Shown: positions 60,993 through 64,000 of the stretch, piece by piece
How the letters are laid out: every line of letters starts with the position of its first letter
How positions within the stretch are numbered: the stretch's first letter is position 1
DNA from: Eledone cirrhosa
Lineage: Eukaryota
Direction of reading: 5' to 3'
Length of the DNA: 64,000 nucleotides
Assembly: GCA_964016885.1 (NCBI GenBank)
Contig: OZ024743.1
Location: 264,182,001-264,246,000 of the forward strand
Notes under the pieces: generated by a model
The model's input: the letters and a program-made list of their open reading frames with translations, nothing else
Database searches by the model: none
Told to the model about the DNA's origin: nothing
Translations under genes and position numbers: made by a program

Positions 60993-61372
60993 CGTAAAAT
61001 AAGAAAATTATAAAATTAACTTACTTACTTAATTAGTAACTATGTGGTTCAATGCATGGGATTGCAGAACAATAATATGAGAGTCGTAAAATAAGAAAAT
61101 TATAAAATTAACTTACTTACTTAAATTTCACTCCCAACTAATTAGTTTCTGAAAGGGATTAAACGTACTATCCGAAGAGCGCACGGAGAAGCCTTTCGCT
61201 ATCAGGGAAGTCTATTCTCCCGTGCGCTCTTCGGATAGTACGTTTAATCCCTTTCAGAAACTAATTAGTTGGGAGTGAAATTTAAGTAAGTAAGTTAATT
61301 TTATAATTTTCTTATTTTACGTCTCTCATATTATTGTTCTGCAACCCCATGCATTGAACCACATAGTTACTA
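60987..61372. repeat. Fold-back hairpin (arms about 160 bp) with partial tandem duplication, in (TA)n
   Basis: 61033-61190 vs 61213-61372. 60987-61032 repeats 61079-61124. Confidence 0.88.
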
Positions 61373-61429
61373 AGACAAAACCTATATATTTGCTAACATA
61401 AGTATGCATCTGTGTATATATATGTTACT

Positions 61430-61512
<83 letters not shown>

Positions 61513-61549
61513 TATATATACAGGTACAAGGACATACAATCAAACATAC

Positions 61550-64000
61550 ATACCTCCGCCTTTCTCGACACCATCCTCGCACCTCTCGTCACCACCCTCC
61601 CCTCCCACATCTCTGACACCAACTAAGCCCTTTGTCTGTTCGACTCCCTCACTTTCCCACCTGGCCCCACCCCCTCCTCTTCACTCTAGTCATTAAGTCA
61701 CTTTAGACCGTCATCCCCACGCTGACGGCCTACGCGCCCTCCGGCACTACCTCGACCTTCGCCCCTCCCTCATCCCCTCCACCCCACCCTCATTTGCCTC
61801 GCCCAGCTGGTCCTCACCCATAACTGTTTCTCCTTCTTGGGTGAGTTTTACCAGCAGGTAACTGGGGTATCAATAGGCACAAGAATGGGCCCCAACTATG
61901 CCATCCTTTTCGTTGGCCATGTTGAGGCCCAAATATTTGCCCAATACACCGGTCCCACGCCCGAACTTTACGGTCGGTACATCGACGACTTCATCGAAGC
62001 CACGACCATCACCCGTGAACAGCTCGACTCCTTTCTCTCCATCCTCTGCTTCTTCCACCCCTCCCTCCAATTCACCACCTCTATCTCCACCACCCACGTC
62101 CACTTCTTGGATATCTCCGTCGCCATGGACCCCTCCCACCACTCCCGCGTCATCTTCCCCTTATTCAAACCCACCGACCCCCATTCCTACCTAGACTTCA
62201 CCTCCTCCAACCCAACCCTCACCAAACACTCCATTCCCTACTCCCGAATCATCCGGATCCGCCGCTTCTGCAGCCGAGATGCTGACTTCGAGACTCAGCC
62301 ATATCTCCCGGAGTGGTTACCTCCTTCCCTCGTCCACGCCACCCTCACTCGCGCCCACGTAGCCCACCGCTCTACCGCCCTCACTCAACGCCCTCGCACC
62401 CCCAACCGCCATCTCCCTTTCCCCCTCACCTACTACCCATGCACCATATCCATCCCCTGCACCATCCTCCGCCTTTTCCGACGCCTCCAGTCGGACCCCT
62501 CCACCTCCCCATCTTCCTATCCCCACCATCTCCTTTAAACACGCGCGCAACCGTCGCAACCTCCTCGTCCGCAACTCTCTACCCCTCAATCACCGTTCCT
62601 GCGTCACCTCCGCTGCACCTCCTTCAACCTCGTATACGGACTTCGCTGCACGGCGTGCAGCGCAACCTTCGTCGAACAGAGCGGACGTCACCTGGCGGAT
62701 TAGTTCACGGAGCACCTCGGAGATATTCATCTCGGCGGGTGTTCCGCCATCGCCCGCCACTTTGGTTCCTCTGGACATTCCGCCCACCAGCTAACGGTCT
62801 GTGACCTGATCCAATGTCATGGGACCCCCGCCACCCGCCTTACGGTCGAGCAACACACCATCTTCACCCTACAGACCCCCCCCCCTGGCCTGAACTCCCG
62901 ATCCCTCTTCCTTTAGCCTTCGACCTTGCCCCTCCCCTATACACACCCCCTTCTAACACCACTAAAACCTTCCTAATTTTCACCGTCCCCTCCACTTTCA
63001 GCTACCCTCCTACCCCCTTGGCCCACCCCACAAATAATACTACTAACACCCACCACCCTCTTGGCCCATCCACAACTAATAATACTAACACCCCACCCCT
63101 CCCCATATCACATGCGCACCCACACCCTCACATGCACACCCCCACCAATACATATATACACACATTCACACTATTAACACACCCTACTGCCACCATTAAC
63201 CCCCACCCACACATCCACATCCGACCACCCCACCTCTAATAATACTAAACATCCCCCAACCCACTTCCCCCTCACCACACACACACACGAACACACACCT
63301 TCACACATACACTCACCCGCACTCACGTACACACCGATACAATACCCACTCTACACCCACACTATCAACATTAACCGCCACTCACACACCCGCATTCAAC
63401 CCCCCCCCCCAATAATAGTAACACCCATTCTAGTAACACACACTCATACCCAAACACGCACACACAGAGTACATTACACTCACTGTCCGCAGCCCCTTCT
63501 TTCTCTCTCCCTCACTCCGCACTACCGACACTCATCCCACTAACACGTCCACTAATATACACACAAACCCCCCACTAACCCTAACCCTAACCCTCTTCCT
63601 CAACCTTTCACACATACCCATCCCCTCCCTTGTCCGCCGCACCTCCGCACACAGGTACACATATTTCCCACCACATACAGACCATCTCTAACACCTGTCC
63701 GTCTGCCTCCTCCCTACACTACCTGCTTGTCACCTTCTTACTGCTATCTCTACCTCCCTCCCCCAACAATCGTCCTGCCTTCACCCTCTGACCACTTTCT
63801 GTTGCTCGCGCACCCCACAACTCTCTACTTCCTCAATATTATACCTAGTATTCTACACCACCGGCCCACCACTCCAGTCATCCACCTTGCTATACTCGGA
63901 ATTTTCAACATCAATTCCTAAACTTTGCGGAAAAACATCGAACAACAGAACAAACGCTTACACTATTTTCGCATACACATAATCATACATCCACACCACA
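61550..64000 (+). mobile_element. Second Neptune-type PLE (C-rich strand), 5'-truncated and decayed; 3' UTR appears to run off the window
   Basis: [84 protein letters not shown] (GIY-YIG). Coding relic spans about 61550-62910. Confidence 0.85.

Overview
AT-rich, microsatellite-dense animal DNA; the SINE families present suggest an octopod cephalopod (inference). No intact host protein-coding gene can be supported, and almost all listed ORFs are (TA)n/(CA)n/(GA)n translation artefacts. The window is dominated by transposons. It holds three decayed Penelope-like elements (PLEs: two Neptune-type, one Naiad-type), RTE and CRE LINE relics, a Tc1/mariner relic with a nested Helitron, and many tRNA-derived SINEs. 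The main signal is a set of short non-coding elements inserted in (TA)n, each carrying a type I hammerhead ribozyme (HHR). Three sequence-unrelated families (A about 436 nt, B 332 nt, C about 575 nt) occur as more than one unit length. They share a compact cassette: octamer, PSE-like TCA box, TATA, RGCAG, HHR, then a T-run where most insertions end. This suggests retrozyme-like RNAs that carry their own snRNA/U6-type promoter. In six element families the fold-back junction lies in or next to the HHR. All ribozyme and promoter calls were made by eye and are untested.
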